Source of the DNA: Candidatus Daviesbacteria bacterium
GTDB taxonomy: Bacteria; Patescibacteriota; Microgenomatia; Daviesbacterales; UBA10151
Length of the DNA stretch: 64,000 nt
Assembly (NCBI GenBank): GCA_028687915.1
Contig: JAQTZF010000001.1
Coordinates: 101,969-165,968 of the forward strand
Reading direction: 5' to 3'
A program made the position numbers and the translations under genes. Of the stretch, positions 9,980 through 19,120 are shown piece after piece. The notes below the pieces were generated by a model. It searched no databases and was not told the DNA's origin. It saw only the letters and a list, made by a program, of their open reading frames with translations. How positions within the stretch are numbered: the stretch's first letter is position 1; each line of letters begins with the position of its first letter.

Positions 9980-10339
9980 TCTATTTTTTGTTTTATAAAA
10001 CCCTATAATCAGAGGCAAAATAAAAGTCAAAGTATAATACAAATATACATCAAGTTTATAATACCCATCTGCAGGTTTAAATATTTTTACCAGAAAAAAG
10101 TAATCAAAAATAATGGCAATTAGTGTCCAAGCTGCTGCCAATAAGAGATAATATTTCAATGATTCTTCTTTAATCTTTTTTAGCAAAACCAAAATAGTGA
10201 TAATTGCACCAATTGGCATTATTACCCAACCGATCATAGAAGGTGGCACGAAGAAAAACAGAAGTATACCTACTAAATATCCAATAAACCAAAGAGCTAT
10301 TCCCCACCCAAACATATCTTTGAGTAATTTCATATTCAT
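9965..10339 (-). CDS. Integral membrane protein, 124 aa with four TM helices.
   Basis: Hydrophobicity pattern only. Confidence 0.4.
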   Translation of the reverse strand: MNMKLLKDMFGWGIALWFIGYLVGILLFFFVPPSMIGWVIMPIGAIITILVLLKKIKEESLKYYLLLAAAWTLIAIIFDYFFLVKIFKPADGYYKLDVYLYYTLTFILPLIIGFYKTKNRLHTN

Positions 10340-10379
10340 AATATTATTATACCAATAATTCTATTAAGCCTAATGGTGA

Positions 10380-10643
10380 TTATTCTCTCTCAACAGAAAT
10401 TGTACATTCTGTTACTAGTGCTGCTATTGCACCTACTGCAGCTAGCACCGGAGCTATAACTGCACCAACCACCCCAAGTGTTAATGGAAAAACCACTACT
10501 GTCTTTCCCTCTTTATCTTTTATAGTAATTTTTCTAACATTCCCCTCTTTAATCAGTTCTTTAAATTTTCTAACTAAGTCTTCCCCTTTTATTGTATATG
10601 TCTCGTTTTTCTTTTCTTCCGTCATGATATTTCTTCCCTTCAA
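10380..10643 (-). CDS. DUF4342-like protein.
   Basis: The pattern ITIKDKEGKTVVVFPLTLGVVGAVIAPVLAAVGAIAALVTECTISVER matches DUF4342 from recall. Confidence 0.5.
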   Translation of the reverse strand: MKGRNIMTEEKKNETYTIKGEDLVRKFKELIKEGNVRKITIKDKEGKTVVVFPLTLGVVGAVIAPVLAAVGAIAALVTECTISVERE

Positions 10644-10672
10644 TAAATGATTCTATCACAGTTTGATAATTG

Positions 10673-11830
10673 TTAAATTAACTTCTTTTGACGAAGATCT
10701 AAATAATAACTTTGCTTAGACAATATTATTGCCCCCAACCCTATGAGAGCAGCAATAAAACCAAAAATTCCACCAATTATTGGGATTAATCCAATAAGAT
10801 AATAAACAATAAGTCCTACTGAATATAATAAATAGATACCCCAGGTTTGTTTTAAATACCTTTTTAAGAATTGTCCGATTGATAAAGCAACAAATATTTT
10901 AGCTAACCAAAGAGCAAATAGAATATAAAATATCCAAATAACAGCAATTGGCATTCCAACAATGGTAACAAATAGCATAATTACTAAAATGGGTGTAATA
11001 GCCAGCACCAAAAAACCAACTCCAAAACTAAGTAACCAGTTGGATGAAATCTTTGTTGCAATATTAGCAGTAAATTCAGGAAATAAGTAAATTAGTAGAA
11101 AACCGATGATTAAAGCAGTCAGAAAACTAATTAGCTTAAAAAAGGCAAAAACCCCAATTACAGATTGTCTAGTTATCTGATTTTGTGATTGAGTATTTCT
11201 GGGAGGAATATTTTGAGTAACTGTCCCAGAAACAGAAGCTCCTGGATTAATATTAGCTTTATTATTACTCCAATAAATAAGATTACCACCTATTTTAGCT
11301 CCAGGAGAAAGAGTAAGTTGCTCAGTTGCAGCATTTATATCACCACTTACACTGCTTCCAAAATTAACCTGACCACCAGCTAATACTATATCTTTGGCAG
11401 GACTTAAGATATTTATATTACCTCCTGCTGTAACTATACTCCCAGTAACACTGGCATTTTGGAACACATTAATGCTGCCACCAACAGCACTAATATTTCG
11501 TCCAACTTTTCCATTAATATTTATATTGCCTCCAGCTGCACGAATATTTCCGGTAACAGTACCATTAATATTTAAGTTTCCTCCAGCCATCAATAAATCA
11601 CCATTCACTGTTCCGTTTAAAGTCACATCACCCCCTACCAAATAAGCATCTCCATTCACTATTCCATCAAGGGAAACACTATTACCTGAAGCAAAATAAT
11701 CTTTATTAATTGTTTCGTTTGAGGATAAATTTGTTGTCTGACCTGATCGCAGATTAGTTTGAGCAAAAGCAACTAAAGGTGGACTAAACACCAGTAAGCA
11801 TAAAGCCAATGCTATTAGCCAATACTTCAT
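10673..11830 (-). CDS. Secreted beta-helix repeat protein with a C-terminal polytopic membrane domain.
   Basis: Signal peptide, then many degenerate repeats of the form G-x-V/I-x-L/I-N-G (for example GDVTLNGTVNGDLLMAGGNLNINGTV), reminiscent of bactofilin/DUF342-like beta-helices. The C-terminal roughly 150 aa are hydrophobic. Confidence 0.45.
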   Translation of the reverse strand: MKYWLIALALCLLVFSPPLVAFAQTNLRSGQTTNLSSNETINKDYFASGNSVSLDGIVNGDAYLVGGDVTLNGTVNGDLLMAGGNLNINGTVTGNIRAAGGNININGKVGRNISAVGGSINVFQNASVTGSIVTAGGNINILSPAKDIVLAGGQVNFGSSVSGDINAATEQLTLSPGAKIGGNLIYWSNNKANINPGASVSGTVTQNIPPRNTQSQNQITRQSVIGVFAFFKLISFLTALIIGFLLIYLFPEFTANIATKISSNWLLSFGVGFLVLAITPILVIMLFVTIVGMPIAVIWIFYILFALWLAKIFVALSIGQFLKRYLKQTWGIYLLYSVGLIVYYLIGLIPIIGGIFGFIAALIGLGAIILSKQSYYLDLRQKKLI

Positions 11831-11910
11831 AAAATTATGATAAACACTAATTTCTAGATTGTAAGTAATTTAAATTACAAACTTTACAATTGTTTAAACA
11901 ACAATTTCGC

Positions 11911-13941
11911 TTATTGCTCTATTGTAAGGTTTCTGTCTTCTTCATCAATATTGATTTTTTCAAATGGCGCAATGACAATGGGCATTCTAATATAAGCCGT
12001 TGTTTTAATGTCATCCTGGTAAACAATTTTGCTTCGATAACGATTTTGGAGAGTACTGGTTAAATAACAGTCATTTTGATTTTCTATGCTTAAATGATAA
12101 AAGCCAGTATTAGCAGAAGAAGTGCGGCGTTCTAATTTAAAATCAAAGTCATAATCAAAGTTGCATAATTTAAAATCAAAGACAAGATTATCTAAATTGA
12201 TAATCTGTATTCCATTTTTATCAAAAATCGTTCCTTTTTGGATGATAGCTTGATTGCGCAATAAATTTTGAGCTTGTTCTTTTGACAACATATCTTTGTG
12301 AATGATGATATATTGTATGCCAATAATATTAAGCTTTTTAAGATCCTCCTCCTCAAGTGATGTTTTATATGCTGTCATAAAACTACCCCAGTCAGGTGGT
12401 GTATAACCACTATACCCATTAATCATTTTTTCATGAGTGATGGTCCCGAAGTTAAGATATTTAGCTGTTTCACCAAGATAAAGGGTAGGAAAATGTAGGG
12501 TTCCTTTGCCATTTAAGAACCCAAAGTTTTGTTCAATATAAGCTTTTTCCCTAAGGACTGTGGAAGTAGAATTAAACTTAAAGTTATTAAAATTCTCCCC
12601 TATTAATAAGGCTGTCACTAAAATAAGAATTGGTATCACATAATGCTTTTTAGCCCTGAAAATTATCATAAAGCCATAAGCAACTAAGACCGAAAAAGGG
12701 AAATAAAAGATAAATTGAAATCTCGAGGGAACTCTTGTACCTTTAAATATTGGTAACCACTGAATAAGGTAATTAAAAGGCATTTTGATATTAGTACTTT
12801 GACTTGAATTTAAACGAAGATCCGGCCCAAAAGCCAAGATAGTAGTAACTATTACGAGAATAAAACTAACAAATAAAAGCAACCGGCTATAGTTCTCTTT
12901 TTTATGTCTTCCAAATAGAGATCTAATGAAGAAAAACAGACTCAGGATTATTAAAACTAAAGGTATAGCATTTATAAACAGTGTGTGTTCTTCGCTTATA
13001 TCAGCATACCCTCCCCCAGGAATTTTTTCAGTTCTATTTGTCGGCAGTAAGTTTTTATATAAAAGATTATTAGAGAGCGGTGAAAGATAATCTTCCAGGG
13101 TAGCGGAATAAGACCACAAAAGCTGGAGATCATAAGCGGCCTTTTCTTTCTGCACAAAGTTAAAATAAGGAAGATAAAAAGCAGCTAATAAGGGGATAAA
13201 TAAAATAAAAAATAAGCTGTTCTTTAAGATGCTCAGAAAATAAGCATAATTTCTTTTGTAAAAATTCAACAAAAAGAAGAATGAAAGATATGTAGCTAAA
13301 GCAAAGTTACTAAAAAACATAAAGTGAAAGGAGGTTAAGGCATTGAGGGTGAAGAACAAGAAAAAAAGGAGTGATGTTTTAGTCTCAGGCTTTTTAAAAA
13401 ATAAATATCCATATAACAACAGGGGTGGAAGAAAATATCTACCCATTAAATTAACATGATTGGGAAAATGAGCAAAGGTCATCGGATTAAAGGTATAGAC
13501 CAAAGCTCCAATAAAACTGGCATATTTACTTACAAAGTAAGGAACTCGTTCATTTTTAATTAAGTAGTTTATGCAATAAAAACTGGAGATAAAGGACAAA
13601 ACAAAGGTTAAAAAGATATAAAAATTAACAGAAAAAACTAATTGGTGGCTTATCCAATAAATAGGTGAAAAAATTAAAGACGGAATAAATAAAAATTCAT
13701 TATAAGCTACGGAATACGGCCACGGATAAAATTGGAAGGAATTAAAATATTGGTTCGGATCTAAAATTCTGCCTGTAGCAAGAGATAACTGATTGTACCA
13801 AAGGAAGAAACCATTCGTAGGGTAATCACCCATATCTGAATAAAACGATGTGATATTAGGAAGAAAGGGCCAAGTAAAAATTGTTGTTAGAAGACATCCA
13901 AGAATTATAAGAATAAATAATTGTAATAATTTTTGTCTCAT
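11911..13941 (-). CDS. Large polytopic membrane protein, probably a GT-C-fold glycosyltransferase or YfhO-like protein.
   Basis: 676 aa with more than 12 TM helices and a C-terminal soluble domain, an architecture typical of GT-C/PMT/YfhO families. No catalytic motif was verified. Confidence 0.4.
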   Translation of the reverse strand: MRQKLLQLFILIILGCLLTTIFTWPFLPNITSFYSDMGDYPTNGFFLWYNQLSLATGRILDPNQYFNSFQFYPWPYSVAYNEFLFIPSLIFSPIYWISHQLVFSVNFYIFLTFVLSFISSFYCINYLIKNERVPYFVSKYASFIGALVYTFNPMTFAHFPNHVNLMGRYFLPPLLLYGYLFFKKPETKTSLLFFLFFTLNALTSFHFMFFSNFALATYLSFFFLLNFYKRNYAYFLSILKNSLFFILFIPLLAAFYLPYFNFVQKEKAAYDLQLLWSYSATLEDYLSPLSNNLLYKNLLPTNRTEKIPGGGYADISEEHTLFINAIPLVLIILSLFFFIRSLFGRHKKENYSRLLLFVSFILVIVTTILAFGPDLRLNSSQSTNIKMPFNYLIQWLPIFKGTRVPSRFQFIFYFPFSVLVAYGFMIIFRAKKHYVIPILILVTALLIGENFNNFKFNSTSTVLREKAYIEQNFGFLNGKGTLHFPTLYLGETAKYLNFGTITHEKMINGYSGYTPPDWGSFMTAYKTSLEEEDLKKLNIIGIQYIIIHKDMLSKEQAQNLLRNQAIIQKGTIFDKNGIQIINLDNLVFDFKLCNFDYDFDFKLERRTSSANTGFYHLSIENQNDCYLTSTLQNRYRSKIVYQDDIKTTAYIRMPIVIAPFEKINIDEEDRNLTIEQ

Positions 13942-14585
13942 TATTTGGAAAATTTAATAATTTTAAGCATCCCAAAATTAAATGTTCTTACTGAAACAAT
14001 TCGAAGATTGGCTTGCTTAATCAACCTTTCTAAAGAATCATTTCTGAAGTCTTGAACATGAGCATGATCCCATACAGGATAGATTCTGTTCCAGATAAAC
14101 CAGATCGTTCTAAAAAGAAGATTGTTTGTAGGAATAAGAATTACTCCATATCCTTTAGGCTTTAGGACTCGGTATATTTCAGAAAGAACCTGAGATGGGT
14201 TTTCTACATGTTCTAATACTTCAAGACAGAAAATAGCACCAAAGGCATCCTCTTTAAAGGGAAGTTTATGGATATTACCTACTTTGAAATTACCGCCTGG
14301 TATTCTTTGACGTGCATGGGCAATTGCTTTAAGGGAAATATCAATCCCATAAATCTGCTTTGAAAGTGTTTTCTCTTGTATTCGCTTGGTAAAAAGACCA
14401 CTGTGACAACCAATATCCAAGACTTTATCTGAAACAGGTGTGATTTCTTTATCAATTTCCTTAAATCTTTTCTCATGCCATATTTTTTGAAAGATATTAT
14501 TTTTTATACCCTTATCATAGTGATCAATGGGCACATCTTCATGGGTTTGTTGTAAAGTCCGCTGTGGATGTTGAGTTATAAACAT
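13941..14585 (-). CDS. Class I SAM-dependent methyltransferase.
   Basis: Motif I VLDIGCHSGLFT, motif post-II and the LKPKGYGVILIP pattern of MTase_11/25 type proteins. Confidence 0.65.
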   Translation of the reverse strand: MFITQHPQRTLQQTHEDVPIDHYDKGIKNNIFQKIWHEKRFKEIDKEITPVSDKVLDIGCHSGLFTKRIQEKTLSKQIYGIDISLKAIAHARQRIPGGNFKVGNIHKLPFKEDAFGAIFCLEVLEHVENPSQVLSEIYRVLKPKGYGVILIPTNNLLFRTIWFIWNRIYPVWDHAHVQDFRNDSLERLIKQANLRIVSVRTFNFGMLKIIKFSK

Positions 14586-14693
14586 TATATGAAGTTATCA
14601 TAAATATTGTACCTAAACAACTGTTGGTGAACAGAAAAATAATCTGTGGTTTTAGACAAAAATCCCTTGAAAAATTATGCTAAAATCTAAGCA

Positions 14694-14915
14694 ATGAATC
14701 TCAAAAATGAAAGCTATGTAATTCTTATGGGAACTAAGAATTTTACTGAAAAATATTATAAAGACAAAAATGGTTGGGTAAAAATATCAGCAAAGGGAAA
14801 TAAGTTTCAAATGACTGCTGAACAGGTTCTTAATCACCTATTACCAGCAATAGCTGGTATTAAGCCAAATTTAATTCTAAAAGTGGAACACCAAGAATCA
14901 GGTCAAGAAAATTAA
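14694..14915 (+). CDS. Hypothetical small protein, 73 aa.
   Basis: ORF only. Confidence 0.25.
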   Translation: MNLKNESYVILMGTKNFTEKYYKDKNGWVKISAKGNKFQMTAEQVLNHLLPAIAGIKPNLILKVEHQESGQEN

Positions 14916-14928
14916 CACAATTCTGAAT

Positions 14929-15234
14929 TTAAATTAGACCGGAAAAAAGCAGAATTAATATAACAGCAGTGATAACTGCAAAGATGCCAACAGTTTTAAT
15001 AAATAGGTTTACTGCTTCTTTTTTCTTTCCTTCAATAAATAATAGAAGTGGTTGGTAAAAAAACAGATACGCCATTACTGAAACAGAAAGGGTAAGTACA
15101 AATAAAGCTGTAATTGGAGCAAAAAAGGTATCAGGTTTATTTCTTAGGGGTTGTGTAATAAAGGTCATCACAGAAACAACAAGGATAATATAAGCAGAAG
15201 CACTCAGGGCATTAATAATAGGATTCTTAGTCAT
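14929..15234 (-). CDS. Small membrane protein with three TM helices.
   Basis: Hydrophobicity only. Confidence 0.4.
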   Translation of the reverse strand: MTKNPIINALSASAYIILVVSVMTFITQPLRNKPDTFFAPITALFVLTLSVSVMAYLFFYQPLLLFIEGKKKEAVNLFIKTVGIFAVITAVILILLFSGLI

Positions 15235-15254
15235 ATATTAACTATATCAGAATT

Positions 15255-15449
15255 TTATTCAAGAAGTGTGACTTTCATTGATTGCTTTATTAATGATGAT
15301 GCTATTTGCAGAGCCTTAATCCTGCGGATGAGTAGTGTGTCTTGCGAAGCTCCTTGCTTTAATTTTGGCTGCACTTTCTCACATTTGCTTATCATTGAGT
15401 TGATAGCTCGAAGTGCTTCTTCTAATTCTTCTTTCGTAAAATTACCCAT
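15255..15449 (-). CDS. Hypothetical small helical protein, 64 aa.
   Basis: ORF downstream of and co-oriented with the 15459..15926 gene. Confidence 0.3.
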   Translation of the reverse strand: MGNFTKEELEEALRAINSMISKCEKVQPKLKQGASQDTLLIRRIKALQIASSLIKQSMKVTLLE

Positions 15450-15458
15450 AATTTACCT

Positions 15459-15926
15459 CTAGAAATTTACCGCTTGTTTGATTGCGGTCTCAAGTTTTTC
15501 CGGTTCATCCGTTCCTATACGGTAGATTTTTCGGTTTTTCATAATTATCTCAACCGCGTCAAAACCAGAAATATCATAAATCCACATATACGGCCAAAAC
15601 CACACTTTCACTCCCCATCCGTAATACCAACGATTTTTTACTGCTTGAACCGAAGCAATTTCTTTAAGAGGAAATATCCTAGTGAAAATTCCATAGCCAA
15701 ATTTGATTCGAAGATAGTTTTCATTAATGGATACTGTCAGTGTTGCAAACGATGCAAGAATAAACAGAATTAATGCCATTATGGCAGTAATGGCAAAATT
15801 TGAGCCTGAGTCAACTGAGGCAGATTCAGCCGAGGCTGTAATATAAACCCACGCGAAAAGCACCAGTACGACAAGTGTAACAACTAGCATCAGGTATCCA
15901 ATTTGGGTGTGTTTGTATAACGTCAT
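15459..15926 (-). CDS. Membrane protein with two TM helices and a C-terminal soluble, PH-like domain.
   Basis: Hydrophobicity plus a bPH-like YRI segment. The call is weak. Confidence 0.4.
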   Translation of the reverse strand: MTLYKHTQIGYLMLVVTLVVLVLFAWVYITASAESASVDSGSNFAITAIMALILFILASFATLTVSINENYLRIKFGYGIFTRIFPLKEIASVQAVKNRWYYGWGVKVWFWPYMWIYDISGFDAVEIIMKNRKIYRIGTDEPEKLETAIKQAVNF

Positions 15927-16090
15927 AATTTATTTCAAGTTTTTCTTTGGCGGCAATTATTATACTAGTATCTTCTCCGCTGAAGCGTCCACTAATATTT
16001 TTATTGTATCACTTTAAAACTAAAAATCTGGAGAAATTAGAATGGCATAATAACTCTTTTTGCTCGAGAATCGTAACTCTAAAGAACTAA

Positions 16091-16642
16091 TTAACTATTT
16101 TCTTTCTTAATCATAGTTTTTCGTAAGGTTTTCACTGCTGTGTTAGTTAAGTTCTTTACATCGCTGTCTTTCAAGTGGTAAGCAGACGTGTCTTTCATTG
16201 TTGGTTTTGGATCAGACGGCAAAAGATCGGCAATATATAAATTGATGAGTGCTACAGGTTTTTTCCCTACTCTTTTTTTCAATTCATCTGCAAGTTTAGG
16301 ATTCGGACCGGCAGCCCCTCCGCTTATTGAAATAAAAGCATACTGGTTGAACTTGGTCTTAAGGTGCTCAAGGTATGCACGAAGTGGCGTCGCAATCTGC
16401 CCCATCCAAACCGGTCCGATGAATAGAACCAGATCATTATCCTTAACTTTATCTACTATTATATCCGCTCTTGGGCTTACCTGTGGTGTCCGATTAAATA
16501 AGATATCCAGAATAATTGTAATTATAGTTCGAGGTTTTGATTCGGTAATTTTGATGTGCTCAGCCGAAAATTCATTAGCTATACTGCTAGCCAATGCTTC
16601 GTTGTTACCAGTTAGTGAATACGAAATAACTTTAACCTTCAC
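16091..16642 (-). CDS. Flavodoxin-like fold protein.
   Basis: MKVKVISYSLTGNNEALA N-terminus and the ISGGAAGP segment, typical of flavodoxin-like FMN-binding proteins. Confidence 0.5.
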   Translation of the reverse strand: MKVKVISYSLTGNNEALASSIANEFSAEHIKITESKPRTIITIILDILFNRTPQVSPRADIIVDKVKDNDLVLFIGPVWMGQIATPLRAYLEHLKTKFNQYAFISISGGAAGPNPKLADELKKRVGKKPVALINLYIADLLPSDPKPTMKDTSAYHLKDSDVKNLTNTAVKTLRKTMIKKENS

Positions 16643-16709
16643 ACTTAAAATATATCACACATTCTAACTCGCCCAAAAGCGTATCAACTTTTTTAGGATA
16701 AATACATTG

Positions 16710-16969
16710 CTCCTCCGGTAGGACTCGAACCTACAACCTTATCGTTACAAGAACCCTCAAGTTACCTTAAGGCTTGGACTATCTCATGATCCACTTGGGA
16801 CCTCAGGTATATAGTCTCTACACATTTAATCCAACTAGGTTGGAAATTTAGCTCGGGATTGTCCTTTCTAAAAAGGAGTTCCCCGAATTAGCCTGATTTT
16901 CCATCCCGTATTACTACGAGAGGCTGCCATCCAAAACAGCGATCTGCTCTACCATTGAGCTACAGAGGA
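16710..16969 (-). tRNA. tRNA-Asn(GUU) interrupted by a group I intron in the anticodon loop. The 5' exon lies at 16936..16969 and the 3' exon at 16710..16747 in plus-strand coordinates.
   Basis: The minus strand reads TCCTCTGTAGCTCAATGGTAGAGCAGATCGCTGT, then 188 nt, then TAACGATAAGGTTGTAGGTTCGAGTCCTACCGGAGGAG+G. The exons assemble into a 72-nt cloverleaf with a 7-bp acceptor stem, the T-loop TTCGAGT and the anticodon loop CUGUUAA, as in canonical tRNA-Asn. The ends resemble E. coli tRNA-Asn (UCCUCUGUAG...GGUUCGAGUCC...GAGGAG). CCA is not encoded. Confidence 0.8.
16748..16935 (-). ncRNA. Group I self-splicing intron, small IC3-like type similar to the Azoarcus/cyanobacterial tRNA introns. No ORF is present.
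   Basis: The exon end GCUGU can pair with the intron segment GCAGC, giving a U.G wobble at the 5' splice site. The intron ends in G. Its core contains GGGATGG...AATTCGGGGAAC, resembling the Azoarcus AAUUCGGCGAAAC segment, and GTGTAGAGACTA, which matches the conserved GUAGAGACUA P7 segment of IC3 introns. Confidence 0.7.
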
Positions 16970-17383
16970 TTATTAAAGAACACGGTAATTATACACTGAA
17001 CCTAATAATATGTGAATCCCTTTAAGAACTAAGGAATTTTTATTAACCCTGCATGGATTTCACAATGACAATTAGCACAAACAATAATTTAGGGTTGCCA
17101 AATAGCCTCAAAATAGGTTAAAATAAATTGTTAGCTGATGCTAGAACTGTCGCCTAGGCGACAAGCGCTCAACCTTCTTGAGCAAAAGACACATATCTTC
17201 CGAAGTATCGGAGGCATCGTAGCTGTAACCAAACAGTGTTGATGAGTGTCCCTAAGCATCCGATCGAAGAGTCGATTGAAATGAAGGGAATTCTTCTATA
17301 CTCTGCCTGTCAGCAGTTAGGTTTTCCCTTGTTAATAATATTACTGAATTTTTTCGTGATCTTTTTTAAGATTAAGGAGTTTT

Positions 17384-17905
17384 TTGATGGGTAAAGAAAA
17401 AAATTTAAAGTACAACGCAAGTCGTTTTATCAGCGCCGCTGTTATTGCCGGTGCTTCTTTCTTGCCTTTTACAAAAACTGTCGAAGCCATACCTTATATT
17501 GAACTAGTCCAACAACCTCCAGTAGAACTTATTCCTCCTGGATATCACCCAACTCAAAAATCCTGGATAGGAGATGCTACATTTTATTCTGAAGCAGGTT
17601 GCATAGGTTGTAACCCTAAAAGAATAATGGCAAATGGAGAACGCTTTAACGAAAATGCACTTACCATTGCTTTTATGCGAGCACCACTTGATTCTATGGT
17701 TTTAATTACCAATACAGAAAACGGTGAATCATGTGTTGCTAAAGTCACTGATCAGGGAAATTTTGACACACCAGAATATAATAAAATTGGCGATTTATCA
17801 AAAAAGGTAAAAGAAGTGATTAAAGGAAACGACATCACCCATGTAAAAATTACTTTACTTGAACGAGTTCCTCGAAGCACTCTTAGAATCATCTTGGCTG
17901 AATAA
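17384..17905 (+). CDS. RlpA-like double-psi beta-barrel (DPBB) protein, a putative septal lytic transglycosylase/cell-wall-binding protein.
   Basis: Signal peptide, then GDATFYSEAG...ANGERF...TIAFMRAPLDSMVLITNTENGESCVAKVTDQGNF. This follows the RlpA pattern G-A-S-Y...G-E...TAAH..LP...V-N--NG-SV-VRI-DRGPF. RBS AAGGAG is upstream. Confidence 0.6.
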   Translation: MMGKEKNLKYNASRFISAAVIAGASFLPFTKTVEAIPYIELVQQPPVELIPPGYHPTQKSWIGDATFYSEAGCIGCNPKRIMANGERFNENALTIAFMRAPLDSMVLITNTENGESCVAKVTDQGNFDTPEYNKIGDLSKKVKEVIKGNDITHVKITLLERVPRSTLRIILAE

Positions 17906-17967
17906 ATTTTATTCCAAGTAATCTCTGAGTTTTTTAGTGCGAGCAGAGCGAGCGCAAGAAACCACTG

Positions 17968-19062
17968 CTATTCTAAATAATCACGAAGTTTCTTTGCTCT
18001 GGTTGGATGCCTGAGTTTTCTAATTGCTTTAGCTTCAATCTGTCTAATTCTTTCACGAGTTACTCCAAATTCTTTACCAACTTCTTCCAAGGTTCTTTGT
18101 TTTCCATCTTCAATTCCAAATCTAAGCTGTAAGACTCTTTTTTCTCTTGGAGATAAAGAATCTAAAACCTCATCAAGATGAGCCCTAAGTAAAGCACGAG
18201 TTGCCTGTTCATCAGGTTTTAAGCCAGGAGCTTCAATAAAATCACCTAATTCTGAATCTTCTTCATCCCCTACTTTGGTAGCTAAAGAAGTTGGCTCCTG
18301 AGAAACTTTAATAATCTCCCTGGCTTTTGCTGGATCAATACCTAATTCTTTGGCAACTTCCTCTGGGGTTGGTTCACGACCTAAATCCTGCATTAATTTT
18401 CTTTGAGCTCTGTTAAAACGGTTTATTGTTTCAACCATATGAACCGGAATACGAATAGTTCTGGCTTGGTCTGCCAAGGCTCTGGTGATTGCCTGTCTAA
18501 TCCACCAGGTAGCATAAGTAGAGAATTTAAAGCCTCTTTTCCAATCATATTTTTCAACAGCTCTCATCAGCCCCATATTTCCTTCTTCAATAAGATCGAG
18601 TAATGACATACCCCGCCCAACATATTTTTTAGCTATAGAAACAACTAACCTTAAGTTAGCACTGATAAGTTTATCTTTAGCCCTTCTTTCCCCTTTTTCT
18701 GAAGCTTTTGCGAGTTCTATTTCCTGAGCTGCAGTGAGTAAAGAAACCCTGCCTATTTCTCTTAAATATTGTCTGACAGGATCAGTGACTGATCCTTCAT
18801 CCATTGAAGCTAACATTTCTAATTCTTTTTCTAAGTCAGTTGAGCCTTTTTCAGCGTCTGCCACTTCTTCTGTAGTAGTTTCAAAAACATCGATTGAAGC
18901 CTCAATCAACTTACCATAAAATTCATCTAGCTCTTCCACTTTTTCTTCTGGTTTAGGGAATACCTGTAAAATTTCTTCCTGGGTAACAAAACCACGGTCG
19001 TGGCCTAATTTTAATAGCTTTTTTTCATCTAAATCTACAACTTTCGTTTTTGCTTTTGCCAT
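17968..19062 (-). CDS. rpoD: RNA polymerase sigma-70 factor RpoD.
   Basis: Region 2 ([41 protein letters not shown]), region 3 and the region 4 HTH ([29 protein letters not shown]) are present, together with an acidic N-terminal region 1. Confidence 0.9.
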   Translation of the reverse strand: MAKAKTKVVDLDEKKLLKLGHDRGFVTQEEILQVFPKPEEKVEELDEFYGKLIEASIDVFETTTEEVADAEKGSTDLEKELEMLASMDEGSVTDPVRQYLREIGRVSLLTAAQEIELAKASEKGERRAKDKLISANLRLVVSIAKKYVGRGMSLLDLIEEGNMGLMRAVEKYDWKRGFKFSTYATWWIRQAITRALADQARTIRIPVHMVETINRFNRAQRKLMQDLGREPTPEEVAKELGIDPAKAREIIKVSQEPTSLATKVGDEEDSELGDFIEAPGLKPDEQATRALLRAHLDEVLDSLSPREKRVLQLRFGIEDGKQRTLEEVGKEFGVTRERIRQIEAKAIRKLRHPTRAKKLRDYLE

Positions 19063-19120
19063 ATTTTGTTTTATAAATTTGTTTTCATACCTTGCCTATA
19101 AACAAATTTTCAAGCTTTGC

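Noticed and set aside
11189-11645. Plus-strand ORFs of 64 and 83 aa.
   Set aside because: They are antisense shadows within the beta-helix repeat gene.
16188-16667. 159-aa plus-strand ORF.
   Set aside because: It is antisense to, and fully overlaps, the flavodoxin-like gene, which has a clear motif. It is a shadow ORF.
16710-16969. Initially considered whether this tRNA-like locus with a long insert was the tmRNA.
   Set aside because: The exons assemble into a complete tRNA-Asn with an anticodon arm. A bona fide tmRNA with a tag ORF ending LAA-stop lies at 25811..26196 next to smpB.
16980-17383. Possible RNase P RNA (rnpB) or SRP RNA in the ORF-free region.
   Set aside because: I could not find the universally conserved P4 strands (AGGAAAGUCCGG / ACAGAAACCGGCUUA-like) or the SRP domain IV motif on either strand. 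The region is kept only as an unknown structured-RNA candidate.
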